Source: Octopus vulgaris (Eukaryota). From it: 64,000 bases of DNA. Positions within the stretch are counted from its first letter, which is position 1. The number at the start of each line of letters is the position of its first letter. The notes under the pieces were generated by a model, which did no database searches, was not told the DNA's origin, and saw nothing but the letters and a program-made list of their open reading frames with translations. Positions 50,979 to 64,000 of the stretch are shown piece by piece. Where the stretch lies: positions 34,968,001 to 35,032,000 of the forward strand of contig OX597824.1 of NCBI GenBank assembly GCA_951406725.2, in the 5' to 3' direction. The translations under genes were made by a program, and so were the position numbers.

Positions 50979-51144
50979 CATATATACGACAGGCTTCTTT
51001 CAGTTTCCGTCTACCAAATCCACTCACAAGGCATTGGTCGGCCCAGGGCTATAGCAGAAGACACTTACCCAAGATGCCATGCAGTGGGACTGAAACCGCA
51101 ACCATGTGGTTGGTTAGCAAGCTACTTACCACACAGCCACTCCT
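50750..51144 (-). mobile_element. SINE family B, near full length
   Basis: Near-identical to 41780-42190. Confidence 0.88.
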
Positions 51145-51630
51145 ACAAAAATTTACACAAATTGGGAATCAAATGTATAAATGTTGTTTTTGTTAGTTAA
51201 TATAATAGAAATAGACAAATGAATCATAATTGTTGCCTGTATTCAAAGTTAATGCATTTAATTGGTAATAACTCTTCAAAAAGAAAACAATGTTTATGTA
51301 ATACTAATTAATAGTAATAGAGAATATAGGCTCATGGGATGGAATTTTTAGGAGGAAAGGAAGAATGAGAAACAAAGGCTAATTGGTAAATAGTTATAAT
51401 TAACGCCTGACAGTAATTAGTGTTCACTATAACAAGTGTATAATGTCATTAGTCATATATATGAGAGCCAATATTTGAAAATATGGTTTTGTGAGAGAAA
51501 CATACATCTTAAGTTAATTCTAATCAGAATGTAACCATTACATCATCAATCTTTACCTATTCTAACTTCTATGATTAATGTTATGAAATACGAATTATAG
51601 TTAACAGGAAATTGTTCATAGCTTATGGTG

Positions 51631-54600
51631 TGTAGCAGCACAAGCAGTCAGCACCATATTGGATGAGGTTTTGCGGAAGCCATTGCCATCTCTGAGACTG
51701 GAGTGAGACCTCACCTGCATCCATTTGCCATGCACGAGATCATAACAAAGCTCGCGAAGGCAAACTGTATATAAGGGCAAAACAGAAACAGATTCATTCT
51801 CTCTTTCCGCCTCTTAGCAGCAGCACTTGCTGATTGCACTCCATTGGCTGGGCCTGTCTGTATGTTGTACCTCCAGAGGCAATGTGCCCGCAATAACGGA
51901 GCTACTACACAACGCACACAGCTAAAGATGGTTGCTGAGAGCAGCACACTTCATCTGTCCTGTGAAACCTGTAAATAAACCAGTTGTATATTGCATTCGT
52001 ACTTGAAGTCTTCTCTCTTCGCCTGCCGGAGCCTGAACTACATGAAGAACAAAAGAGATGATGGAAGAAGGAGATATTCTCCCGATATCATAAACCTTGC
52101 CATCCATTATAAAATGGTGACCCCCAACATAGAAAAGGTTCATCACATAGATGCCTCAGCTGAATCATGAACTGGCGGTTTTCACTCGCTTCCAACTGGT
52201 AAACACATCAATGGCCATGCCTCCAGCTGTCCATCAACTTCTGGCAAGCCACCTGTCAACTTCCAGCCATCGTTCCTGCTGCCACATTTGAATTGTCCCA
52301 CATGGAAACAGAATTTTACCAGTTGCATGTCACTTTCTGGCGATTTTTTAACTGACAAAAGAAAAGGAAGAAAAAATATCTATTGGTACAAGCACACACA
52401 TACCATTGCAGTGTTTTTTTCCCACATTTTTTTGGGGGTGGGGGGGTTCAGCACAAAAAAAAAACAGGTTTGGCAACAAAATTTTTTCTTGTTTGTGCAT
52501 TCTATAAATTTTATTCAGAAAATTTTTTTTTTCGCACGCATGCTACTATTTCCAATAACACTTTTGTTGGTTTTTTGGTCCATTTCTTTTTCTCCTCTGA
52601 CAGAGAGAAGAAACAAAAAAAAATGAGTTCAGCCAATCTTCCTCATTTCACTGGTGACGTCACGCTTTTGTTCACTCAGTTGGAGGCATATTTTGCGGCA
52701 CATGCTGCACCTCCGCAGCAACAGTTAAATCTTCTCTTTCGTAGCATTCCTATACCACTCGCTACTTCAGTCAGGGATCTCATCACTGATCCTCACCTGG
52801 ATACGACCTACGAGGTAGTCAAATCCAAGGTGCTCCGACGGAACACTAAATCTGTGGAGTCTAAGTTTAAGCAGCTTATGCAAGCTGAGGGGTTAGGAGA
52901 CAGGATGCTATCTCAATTTTTACAGCATCTCTGTGAGCTCAGCGACATGACTGAGGACAACTCACTTTTATGGAAGCTTTTCTTCTCTCAGCTACCTCCC
53001 AATGTGCAAACCATTTTAGTCACAATGGTTGATACTAACACTGTGGATCAACCAGCTACCATGGCTGATAAGATTTTAGGGTTCACTATCTAGCTAGCAC
53101 CTCGCCATGTCTGTTCTTGCTCAGAGATTTCCTCCGCTGCATCTTCCTCATTACAGGATGATATTTTGGAGAAACTTGACTCCTTAACACACCGAATGGA
53201 TGCGCTTTGGGGAGGGTGCTACAACTCTTCACACCATCGCAGTCGAAGCCGGTCCCATTCACACTCGACCAATTCCTCTTCAACTAGTTCCGGTCTTTGT
53301 TGGTACCATGCCAAGTATCAGCATAAAGTCCACAAATGCATTCAGCCTTGCTGCTTCCCATCGGAGGGAAACAACCTGCGGAGGGTTTGAGCATGTCCAG
53401 CACTTCTGGTCAATCAAACTCAAACTGTGCAATTTTTGTGAAGGACCGTGTGTCTAATCAGGCATGGGTTCTAGTTGCTCCATTTGGCCTTTGCGTCTCG
53501 CTACAGACAAGCCAAAGCGCTCAGAGATCACCTTGCATGCGGTCAATTGATCTCCCATTGCAACTTATGGTCAAATTTCATTAAATATTGACATTAATCT
53601 TCGCTAAGATTTTAGTTGGATTTTTGTCATAGCAGATCTCCCACATCCTATTCTGGGTGCGGACTTTTTGAACAATTTTAATGAATTGGTAGATGTCAGG
53701 CGACAGAGACTTGTCGATAGTTCTATGTCTTTGTCTACACCTGTAAAGGCCACTACCAATGCTGTTCTCAGTTCTTCCTTTTCTGTTTTCACTGCTGGTG
53801 ATGCATATTATTCACTCTTAGCTTCTTTCCCAGAGCTGGTGGATCAGCTATTCCAAACGGCGAAACCTACTCACTCGACACTCCACTATATTACCACCAC
53901 TGGGCCACCTGTCTTTTCATGCCTGCGGTGACTTGCTCCTGACCGTCTTAAGAAAGCTAGGTCCACACCCTTCGATGACACCCCAAACACGCCCACTTTT
54001 GATCCTTTACAATCACCTGCACATGCACCTTTGAGCATACTATCACCTACACCTCGACCTTCATCGCCACTACCTAACACAAAGAAACTCTGTCACCAGG
54101 ACTGCCCACACTGTGCATTGGCCCAAAAAACTCACTAAAACTATTTATATCCGACAATCTCTTTTGTTTCCTATGACAGACAATTGCTTTCTTGTGTTAC
54201 TGGACAGTTCCAATACTCTACCATTGAACATTTTGTCAAATTTTGTACATGCCAATTTATATTTCTTGCAATTATTTTTCTATATGACTTGTCATGTTTT
54301 TGTACCATATCTTGTTGGTTGCAATCAGTTACCATTTTTGCGCTTTCTTGTGCCTGCTCCAATTATTCTGTTTTCACACTGCTGCACTCAGGAGGGAGCC
54401 CTTGTAGCGGCACAAGCAGTCAGTGTCATATTGGATGAGATCTCCTGGCAGCAATTGTCATCTCCAAGACCTCACCTGCATCCATTTGCCATGCGTGAGA
54501 TCACAATGAGGCTCGCGATGGCAAACTGTATATAAGGGCAAAACAGAAACAGATTCATTCTCTCTTTCTGCCTCTTAGTAGCAGCGCTTGCTGATCGCAC

Positions 54601-54873
54601 TCCATTGGCTGGGCCTGTCTGTATGTTGTACTTCCAGAGGCAATGTGCCTGCACTAACGGAACTACTACACAATGCACACAGCTAAAGATGGTTGCTGAG
54701 AGCAGCACACTTCACCTATCCTGTGAAACCTGTAAATAAACCAGTTGTAAATTGCATTCGTACTTGAAGTCTTCTCTCTTCACCTGCCAGATCCTGAATT
54801 ACATGAAGAACAAAAAGAGATAATGGATGAAGGCGATATTCTCCTGATATCATAAACCTTGCCATCCTTTATA
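51631..54873 (+). mobile_element. Ty3/Gypsy LTR retrotransposon (CsRn1 clade), internally deleted
   Basis: LTRs at 51631-52111 and 54403-54873; 4-bp TSD GGTG; tRNA-Trp PBS TGGTGACCCC at 52115; purine tract before the 3' LTR. Gag from 52623 with C-X2-H-X9-C-X3-C (CWYHAKYQHKVHKCIQPC); protease end ILGADFL; RT, RNase H and integrase absent. Confidence 0.93.
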
Positions 54874-55799
54874 GGTGTTTAGAATAATTTCTATTACCCT
54901 GAAATGAAGAGATATTTTGATTTTTGACATAAGACCAAAAGTCTGTTAGAAGTTCCAAATACTTATTATTGCTCAACGCAAAAACGTTTTTTGCTTGCAG
55001 TGCATGGCAGGGAAGAAATATACCAAATGAGTCAGTTCCTGTATGTCCATAAGTGATGTGTGTTTTAGCAATGATTGCAGACTGTAGTGGTCATTAAATT
55101 CTGTAGCCAAAGTTGAGTGGTGTGAGTTCCTGTAGCCATTGACCTTGGTTGTGATACAGCCACTAACTAGTCTCTGGCCACACGAATTGCATATAACCAA
55201 AGGTGTCAAAGAAAAGCTGCCAATGACAAAGTTAATGGCAATCCCATAATGTAGTTTTATCACAATTTGAATCTAATGTTGAACAGGTTTGTTCTATTGT
55301 TTTTGCTGATCAACTACCTCCTGATGAAAAAGATTTCTTAATGTGTCTACCTGAGACCTGAATGGGTAGTTGTTTGCTGCTATCATTAATCCATAACAGA
55401 ATCCTGTTTTGTTGTTTATTATTTTCACATCTGAACACAGGATTCAGACTGAAGCAATGAGTTGGTGTCTGGGATTTGGCCCATATTCCTGCTACAAGTT
55501 TCAAATTTGAATGTGGACGAAATTTTACCTCGCCTAGAATGTTCAGAACATTCTATTTTAGCATAATTGGAACAACATTGATAGCTATGAGAGAAATAAA
55601 AACCAGCATTAAGGAAAGATAATATTGATTTGAACATTCATCATTATAATCATCATTTAGCACTGGTTTTCCATGCTGACATAGCTTAGCTAGTGTGATG
55701 GAATCTGGTAAGCTCTGTCATGGTTTTTATAGCTGGGTGCCAATCCTAATGCATAATTATATAACTAAATATTCTAATTTTTATTATAACCGGACCAGC

Positions 55800-56110
55800 A
55801 GATGCTGTTATACGTAACTGGTTGCAATGTACTTCCAATTCTGTCTTGATTGCGCCATACTTTTCCATCTTGACCTAAATTGCTTAACTAAATCTCTCTT
55901 CACATTGTAGGGGGTGGGGTGGGAGGCAACCAAGTGGTCTTTTCCAATCTCTTGCATACCACTTGGCAACTATGCAGGTCCACCTATTGTCTGTGATCAC
56001 ATTGGTCACCGCTCTCCATTCTCAAATTATCTCATTTTGAATGTACTCTCATAATCTTAATCCTAGCATGAATCTTTTCGTGTCCCTTTATGTCGTAGTC
56101 AATCAATGTT
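55800..56110 (-). mobile_element. Degenerate LINE 3' end (RTE-type, different family)
   Basis: Reverse strand resembles DNRWT...W..RDWKRPLG.P. Confidence 0.45.
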
Positions 56111-56326
56111 CTATCCTATTCATAGTAGCCTGTGTCTCACTTGTGTATAAGAGTGCAGATAGGAGCGTGCTATTTTTTATAATTCTTATTCTATAACTGA
56201 ATAATTAGTTCAACAAGCAAAGCAAATTTTCTAAAAACAATGATTAATGCAACATAATACTAAAAATTCTCTGGTTAACAAATGTTAATAAAATTCTTTA
56301 ATGATGCCACCAGAAATATCTCATTA

Positions 56327-56830
56327 ATCATCATCATTATCATCATTTAACATCTGTTGTCCATGCTGGCACACTGGAAAGCTGCACCAGACTCCAGTCT
56401 GACTTGGCATAGTTTTCTATGGCTGGATGCCCTTCCTAATGCCAACCACTCCAAGAGTGTAATGGGTGCTTTAATATTCTTTGAAATTATGGAAGACTTT
56501 AAACATTATTTAGCTGCAACTGAAAATTTCAAGTCAAGCAACATGTTCTGGATGTATAGTCAAAATCCTTTACAATTTCATTACTTTTCTGATAATCATC
56601 ATTTAACGTCTGCTTTCCATGCTAGCATGGGTTGGACGATTTTGACTGAGGGCTGGCAAACCAGATGGTTGCACCAAACTCCAAACTTGATTTGGCAGAG
56701 TTTCTACTGCTGGATGCCCTTCCTAACGCCAACCACTCCGATAGTGGGTGCTTTTTACATGCCACCAGCACGGGGGCCAGTCAGGCGGTACTGGCAACGA
56801 CCTCGCTCAAATCCTTTTACACATACCACC
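56327..56830 (-). mobile_element. Two RTE LINE 3' tips
   Basis: CATCATTTAAC..CCATGCT..GGATGCCCTTCCTAA.GCCAACCACTCC occurs twice; another tip lies at 49772-49880. Confidence 0.8.
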
Positions 56831-57039
56831 AGCATGAGGAAAATACTCAGCGACTCAAGTTACCTTAACATATTGTAAACTGAGAAACTTTGAGTAAAAT
56901 GACACCCTTAGGGATGAGAATAGCCATTTTTTAATTAACTAATCTAGAATAAAAAAAAAAGACTCCTGGAGAGACAATTGAGAAATTTTAAATTAAATAT
57001 AGAATGTAAATGTCAGAGTAGTAATTATTTTTTTTAAAG

Positions 57040-57410
57040 GGTGGCTGTGTGTTTAGAAGTTTGCTTCCCAAAACCACATTGTTTCAGGTTCAGTCCCAAT
57101 GCATGGCGCCTTGAGCAAGTGTCTTCTATAGCCACAGGTTGACCAAAGACTTGGAAGTGGATTTGGGAGATGGAAACTGAAAAAGCCCATTATATTTGTG
57201 TATATGTGTTTGTTCATCATCAGCATTTGACAACTGGTGCCGGTCTGTGCACATCCCTGTAACTTCGTGGCTTGGCAAAAAGAGACTGATATAATAAGTA
57301 CTAGGCTTTAAAAAAAATAGCATTGGGGTTGATTTGTTTGACTAAAAATTCCTTGAGGCAGTGCCCCAGCATGGCCAGTCTAATGACTCAAATAAATAAA
57401 AGATAAATGA
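57040..57410 (+). mobile_element. Old SINE family B copy (further decayed copies at about 57700-58050 and 60190-60412, minus strand)
   Basis: GTGGCTGTGTG..GGTTCAGTCCC..CCTTGAGCAAGTGTCTTCTATAGCC. Confidence 0.75.
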
Positions 57411-60102
57411 TAAAAGGTGTTGAATGAAATTATATTTTGAAGTAAACAAATGTTGATTTCAGCTTTACAGAGTTGCTTCAAAATTTTTAAAATTAGATAC
57501 ATTTGTGTAGCAAACAGAAGGAACCAGCAAATGTTTCTACGCATATTAAAAGAACCGTAGTAGGTATTATGAAGTAAATTCCTCAAGTGCATTATAATCC
57601 ATTTCCTGCTAGACACAGTTTACATGGCATTTTTTTGTAAATAATTACCAGCACATGTAATCCATGCAACTTCTGGTCTTTTATCATGTATCTTTTATAT
57701 TTTACTTGATTCAGTCATTAGACTGCAGCCATGCTAGAGTACTGCTTTAAAGAATTATAGATGAACGCATCAACCCTAGTACTTAATCTATTGATAACTT
57801 TTGCCCAACTAGCAAGTTATAGGGATATAATCATACTGACATCAGTTGTCAAGCAGTCATGGGGGACAAACACACACACACACATATATATGATGGTTTT
57901 CTTCCAGTTTCTATCTACCAAATCCATTCTCAAGACTTTGGTCAGCATGAAGCTATAGAAGACACTTGCGCAAGCAAGATGCCACACGGTGGGACTCAAC
58001 CCAGAATTATGTGGTTGAGAAGCAAACTTCTTACTACAAAGCTATGCTTGTATATTTAATATCAGCTAGAATGATTGTAGGAATTATAATTATTGTTTTG
58101 CCAGAGGAATTACAGTTGCATTCATATTTCAACATTGATTTTGTGTATAGACATGTATTTTTTTAATTGATGCTTTTAAAGGTAATATCTTCCATGAATT
58201 TGAGGCGTTCAAGTTTTCTATTATTTTACCCTTTTTTTTCTTCTATTAATTCTCTGAGAAATATTCATGTGATTGCGCACAATATCACAACTCACAATAG
58301 TCCAAACCAATCAAAAAACTGTAATAAAGAAAAATGTGGAGAATAAAAAACCCTCCGAACAATTTCAAATAATAAACAAAAGTTACATCTTTCAAATTTT
58401 AAAACTATTCATTCTGTTTATTTTCAAGATCTTTGACATTGATAATGTCCCTTGTGATTCAACAGCAGTCCCTTGTTCGACACAGTATTTTATGATGCAG
58501 AGATTAAGGAAATATATTTTCAAGACACTTATTCCTTGATGTCCTAAACATATTGGATGAATCTTATTTTCTGCTTTGTTTAAATCTAGTTTGGTCTTCC
58601 AGATTATTAAATTCCTATAAAACATCCTAGATGTGAATGGGTTTATAATGGAAGATCAAGAAAATTTATTTGTATAAGCCAATAGATCTATCTGGTCCTT
58701 ATCATCACTGATTGATGATAATGTATTATAATACCAGCAGAGATGTAATAACCACATATAATGCAAAAATCAAAAGTTGGTGTGTTGAAATAGATAGAAT
58801 TAATGACGAAACAGTCATATAGTTTAATATTTTTTTTTTTTTTTAAGTTAAATAATCAAACAAACGAGATTTTAATAATGACTGGTAAGTTTACTGCTGG
58901 TCTTAGAAAGTTGTTCATTTGCAAAGGAAAAAAAAAAAAAAAATGAATTCCATGATATAGAGGTTGTCAGAATTTATAAATTTATCACAAAAACCAAATC
59001 GTAGTCAATTATAAGCCTTTGAAATTTATTAAAAATAAAACAAAATGCCAAAATTCAATGACTGGTGAAAAAATAGGAAACAAGACTTAAGTTTATTTGA
59101 GAAATAAAACTAGGTATAAATTTTTTTTAAAATGTTAGGAATATACTGATGAAAATTCAAAGCAGAAAACTATCACAGAAACATAACTAATAATGCAACT
59201 TGCACAGTTTTTAGCCATGATGATTACAGATATTTCCAGTAACTAATATGTTTGTCGGTGGATGTTTGTTAATATACAGATGATGTGATACCAAGATAAT
59301 AGGTGTTGATAAAAGTGAGTAAAGAAATTATGATGCTGACCAATCTAATCTAAATATATGTTAAATTAATGATTATCAATACAGGATTGATAACAAAATA
59401 TTACTTAAAGCAGGAAAATATCATAAACATTAAGTGCAACACATTTTTCAATTAGATTTGTATAAAAAAATTGCTTCTTTTCATACTAGACTTCATGAAA
59501 AAGTCAACTCCATGTCTGAATTCATTCCAATAAAATGCAACTCAGTAATTTAGAATAAGAAGTAATAAACATTCAAAGGAATCCCTAATATAGGGCCCTA
59601 AAATCAGCAAAATTCATTCTCCAAAAAAGAATGAATTTTACCAGCTTATAGTTTACAATGTATATTTTACATGACCCACGCAGTATAGATATCAACTTGA
59701 TATCAATAGGTATATCTATTTATATAATGGACGGCTGAAGGGTGGGTCACTGAGAGAGTTTTTTGTTTTAAAGCTTACAGTGGGTATTGAAGCTCAGTTA
59801 CAGAAGTCTGACAATAATATTGGGCTTTTTTATAGCTTGGTCAGAAGAGCAAGTGCCCTGACCTGACCTAAGCAGGATCTTTCAGATGTGAAATTACTAA
59901 GACTGATGCTAGACTGCAGGAAGCAATTCTAGTGTTGACACACTATTTAAAGAAAGATTGGGCCTAAGTGGTTGGTGTTTAATAGCTGTGAGGTGAGACA
60001 GTAGAAATGATACAGGGAACAGAGACAGGGATATCAAGTAGACCTGGGTTGAAGTGTTGAGTGTTAGTGAGTTTTGGCCAACCAGCTGGATGTAGTAAAA
60101 GC

Positions 60103-60147
<45 letters not shown>

Positions 60148-62310
60148 GTATACATAGCAATAGTAGCACTGGCCTAGATTTGGAAGCAGTATTTTGTTAT
60201 TGGCATTATTTGAACTTCGTAGAACCACTAAATTATGGATTCATAAACAAAACATCAATTGTAAAACAGTTGTGCAGCCTAAAACACAAACATAATGACA
60301 TGCACACACGTACAAAGAAATATCTATATGTTGGGCTTCTTTCAGTTTCCGTCTATGAAATCCACCCACATGGCTCTGGTCGGCCCAGGACTATAGTAGA
60401 ACACACTTGCCCACTTCAGGGTGATTTCTGAACCAAATATTCTGGTTCTGATAAGTAAGAGCAGTCTTGGCAGAGCAGTTTTAGCTATGCTAAGTATGTT
60501 GAGTTACCATGGAAGACCATCAGATACTGGGGACTTACAATTTGTCAAGACTTTGAGGGTTTAAATTACATGTTGTCCCCAATTAGAGAAGATGTTTTTG
60601 AGAGTTTCAGCGGCTGAAGATTGCAGATATTTGATGTCAGGTTTTGAGGTTATATGTGGATGGCCTTGGAGCACATCAGAACTGATAAAGTGTGTGTCAG
60701 TAAGGGTCCTGAAAATTTTGGGGGTGAATGAACTTGCAGGTTGAGTGATACAAAGATTATCTTTTGCTATTTTTCATAACATATCATGCAAAAGTTGTAG
60801 TGGCATGTAAAAGCCACCCAGTTAGTAGGTATCGCTTTTCACATACTAAGTATTGTAAGTTATGTGCTTGGCCTGCTCTGCAAGGGAACTACACTGGAGT
60901 CAGGGATTTTAGTTGTGTGAGGGAAATGGGGAGACCTGCCAAAGAGAATAGTCTGGGGTCATCTGCTTAGCTATCTCAGATGGAAGAAAGGTGAAGTACA
61001 TTTATAGTCAGAGATAATTGGCAGAACTCCAGCTGATTTGAAGTGTCATAGGTTGGATGTTGTGCAGTATTAGGATGTGTACAGTGGTTTCTTGATTAGG
61101 TAGTGTGTTGGATAATCTGATTAGTGCAAAGACAGTCACAGTTTGGGAAAAGCTGAGTTTGGAAGTGAGAAAGAGATGAGGAGAGTTAAGAGTGTCTTTA
61201 TTGATCATGGATACAAGTAAGTGATGGCATTAACTGTTGCAGCAGAGTGTTAAAAGATTTGGATTTTGTAGCAGCAGCATAAGTAACGGGAATAGAGGGA
61301 CCTTGCTGAAAGTTGTGAACATTGAAATAAAGGATAAGTGAGATAAATGCCATTAATACTGAATGTAAGATTAACAATTGTTGAGAGAGAGAGAGAGAGA
61401 GATACACAGTATATAAATATATATATACATATATATGTAAGAAAAAAATGCTAAAACCTTGTGTGAATTTGAGTTTGGCCATAAAACTTAAAAAGTTATT
61501 CTAGTTCTTTAGAGAAATATCATTAGTTAATTTAATTTGTTTCAGAGGCAGTTTTGTTCAAGAGACCTAAGAATAAGTGAAAGAGAATGAGTTTCATATA
61601 CAGAATGAAAACCAATTGAATTCCAAGTTGTACTTTGTTATTCCTAAAATTAGATAAATTTACATTCTATTACCATATAAAATAATTAGATAAAACTTCC
61701 CATTGCATATTTGTATCATTTAACTGTTGCATAATGCTATGTGTTGATAAACTTAAGAGAAAAATATTACATAAAATTGCAAAATAATTATAGCTGAAGG
61801 AATTGTAGAGGGAGATGTATCAGATTGAAGGAAACCAATTCAGTTCAAAATATAATTACATTGTTTCTTCTGATGATTGGCAATAATTGCTGCAACAAGA
61901 AAACATTCTAAATCTGGCAGGAAAATGGAAACTATAAAAAAAAAACTCTTTTCTTCTCTTCTTTATTAAAACAGGTTTTTACAGAATGCATTTAAAAAAA
62001 AAAAGGGTTTTACAATAGTAAAAAAATCGATAATAATAATGGTGATGATGAATGATGATGATGATGATGATAATAATAATATTAATAATCATAATAATAA
62101 TAATAATAATAAAAGGATAAATGGTAGCTTACTGAGATGATGGTAGTTGCAGAGTAGGTGGAGAGTGGAAGAAACGAGAGTAAAGTACTTTAATGTTAGA
62201 AATAAATACAAACAAGCCAAGTAGCAGGTCAGCTAGATTTAATATTTTTTTAGATTTTCAACAAATTTTTGATTAACAGACAGGACTTTTTTTTTGTTTT
62301 TTTTTTTTAG

Positions 62311-62351
62311 GAATGTGAAAGATGACTAGGAAGTTAAAAAAAATACTTATG
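62311..62351 (+). other. Candidate plus-strand exon of a second (divergent) transcript, possibly starting MTRKLKKILM
   Basis: Long poly-T tract plus AG at 62309-62310 and donor ATG|GTAAGT at 62352; no partner exon identified. Confidence 0.35.
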
Positions 62352-62990
62352 GTAAGTGAGGAAAAAACAAAAACAAAAGCCGAAGAGCTGTTTTGGTTGA
62401 GTTACAAATGGTTGATGTCAACAGTTAAATTGTTCCATAGGAGAAGTTTTAGAACTGTTATAAATAAAGAACTAGAGTTATCAATCATTTCTGGAAACAA
62501 GCACTTTTCACTACATCTCTCATAAAGAGTAGGATTCATAAGAAGAGAGATGGAGGACTTAGTTGTCATTTCTCAGAAGGAAACAAGCGAGTTATTCCTA
62601 CCAGGAAATAATATGACTGATCTTATTCCCCATCTTGTGTGTGTGTCTTTTACTGTATTATTTTTGAGATTTAAAAACATAACTGTCATTCAAAATAATA
62701 TACAACAGCGTGAACAAAAATAAAAAGCTTCCAAAGTAACTTTAGCATATTTAGACACAATACTTCTGCAAATAACTTCCATTGAAGCATGATTTTATTA
62801 CACTGCCTGTGAAAGAGGGAAAATTTTCAAGCATCCAACTACACAAGTCTTCTGAATTCTAACAACCAGAAGCGATTTACTTCAGATAAAGATTAAAATA
62901 CTGATGGAGAAGGATTTTAAGAAGATCTCAAGAGAATACTATAACCTTAACAAAATTAACCCAAGCAATACCAATATGATGTAGAACATT

Positions 62991-63389
62991 TCATATATAC
63001 ATATATATTCTTTTATACATTTCACCCCAAAGGCTGTGGCATACTAGAGCACTGCCAGTGTTATCACCTTTCAATGGCCTTTCTTCTGTAACTGGCTTTT
63101 GATAAAGAAGGGGGTTTGATAACGCTGCCCTCTTTTGGGTTTCTTGCCATGATGTAGGTTCATCTGGGACCTTGGACAGCAAAAGATGTTTCTTGAAAAC
63201 ATCTATCCCTACTCCACATTGGTCTCTAAAATGTTTTGGCAAGATATTAAATAGCTGTGGGCCTATGAATCCCAAGCTATTGCAGTACATGGTTTTCACA
63301 CTAGATGGGATGGGTGGGACCTTTGGAACAGTGCAGTGATGTCCAATTTTGGGGTTAGTATAGCTCTCAATGCCAAAGTTTGGTGCCAT
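62991..63389 (-). mobile_element. LINE 3' end (CR1/L2/Crack-like C-terminus)
   Basis: NSLGFIGPQLFNILPKHFR...VFKKHL..KVPDEP matches the common 'S....P.LWN.LP..I....FK..L' LINE tail. Confidence 0.7.
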
Positions 63390-64000
63390 ATATATGTATA
63401 ATGTATGTATAAAAGTAATATTGAATGGTTTCAGAACAAAAAGAAAAAAAAAAAAAATTTGGTGTTCATTATGAGGCCCGAAGCATTTGGCAGATGACTG
63501 ACAAAGCTGTATGTTAAAGAGCCTTATTTATCACATATGATGAGCTTGGGATTACCAGAAACGAAATGTCCCAGGAACACTTAAATATATTTTAGAAAAA
63601 CATGTGGACTATCCCAAGAAACTATCTTAGGACTGTCTTCAAGAAACGAATTTAACTAAATACTGATTATTGATTGTCTTTTAAAACCTTAACAGTGAAA
63701 ATTTTCATCAGAAGATTTTAGTAACTATGACAGCAGTAGGTGAGAACCATCGAAGAAATCTGCAGAAAAGAAACCTTTGAAAATTGAAAATTTCTGTGTA
63801 ATTTGGTATCTATAAAAGATTCATGCTTCTCTATTCTAAAGGGTAAAGAAAAATGCTTTCATAAAATTAGGGAAATATAATTAAAAGAAACTTATTTAAC
63901 TGATATTTTACAATATCTAAATTATTAGGATTGCCTTTTCATTAAAAAAAAAAAAAAAGAAACCCTTCAACACAAAGATACAGTCTTAAAAAAGAAAAAG

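Noticed and set aside
51711-51947. Duplicated 78-aa ORF (also at 54472-54708)
   Set aside because: It is an antisense reading of the two LTRs, not a gene duplication.
54973-55637. Short minus-strand ORFs right of the LTR element
   Set aside because: No recognisable motif or consistent splice sites.
60420-61330. Possible very old retroelement fragment
   Set aside because: Composition is suggestive, but no diagnostic motif could be read.

Overview
AT-rich, repeat-dense eukaryotic DNA with one 100-N gap (32669-32768). The SINE/RTE repertoire suggests an octopus-like cephalopod (inference). Manual splicing gives one clear host gene on the minus strand: seven GT-AG exons (40747-40649, 23816-23789, 18626-18498, 15391-15276, 11833-11716, 5343-5180, 1702-1643) join in phase into 238 codons with no stop. 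They encode a signal peptide and two FnIII-like ectodomain modules resembling interleukin-17 receptors; the 3' end was not found and probably lies left of the window. Most remaining sequence is transposon-derived: three tRNA-SINE families, many RTE LINE pieces, Penelope-like elements, an RLE (Hero-like) LINE end, a Tigger/pogo element, three mariners, an IR/DR Tc1, Merlin and hAT fragments, non-autonomous Helitrons, a MITE and an internally deleted CsRn1-clade Gypsy element. The most unusual non-coding signals are two near-canonical type I hammerhead ribozyme motifs (26390-26465 +, and 28890-28990 - inside a ~385 bp fold-back) plus three decayed ones. All calls are by eye; no searches were run.
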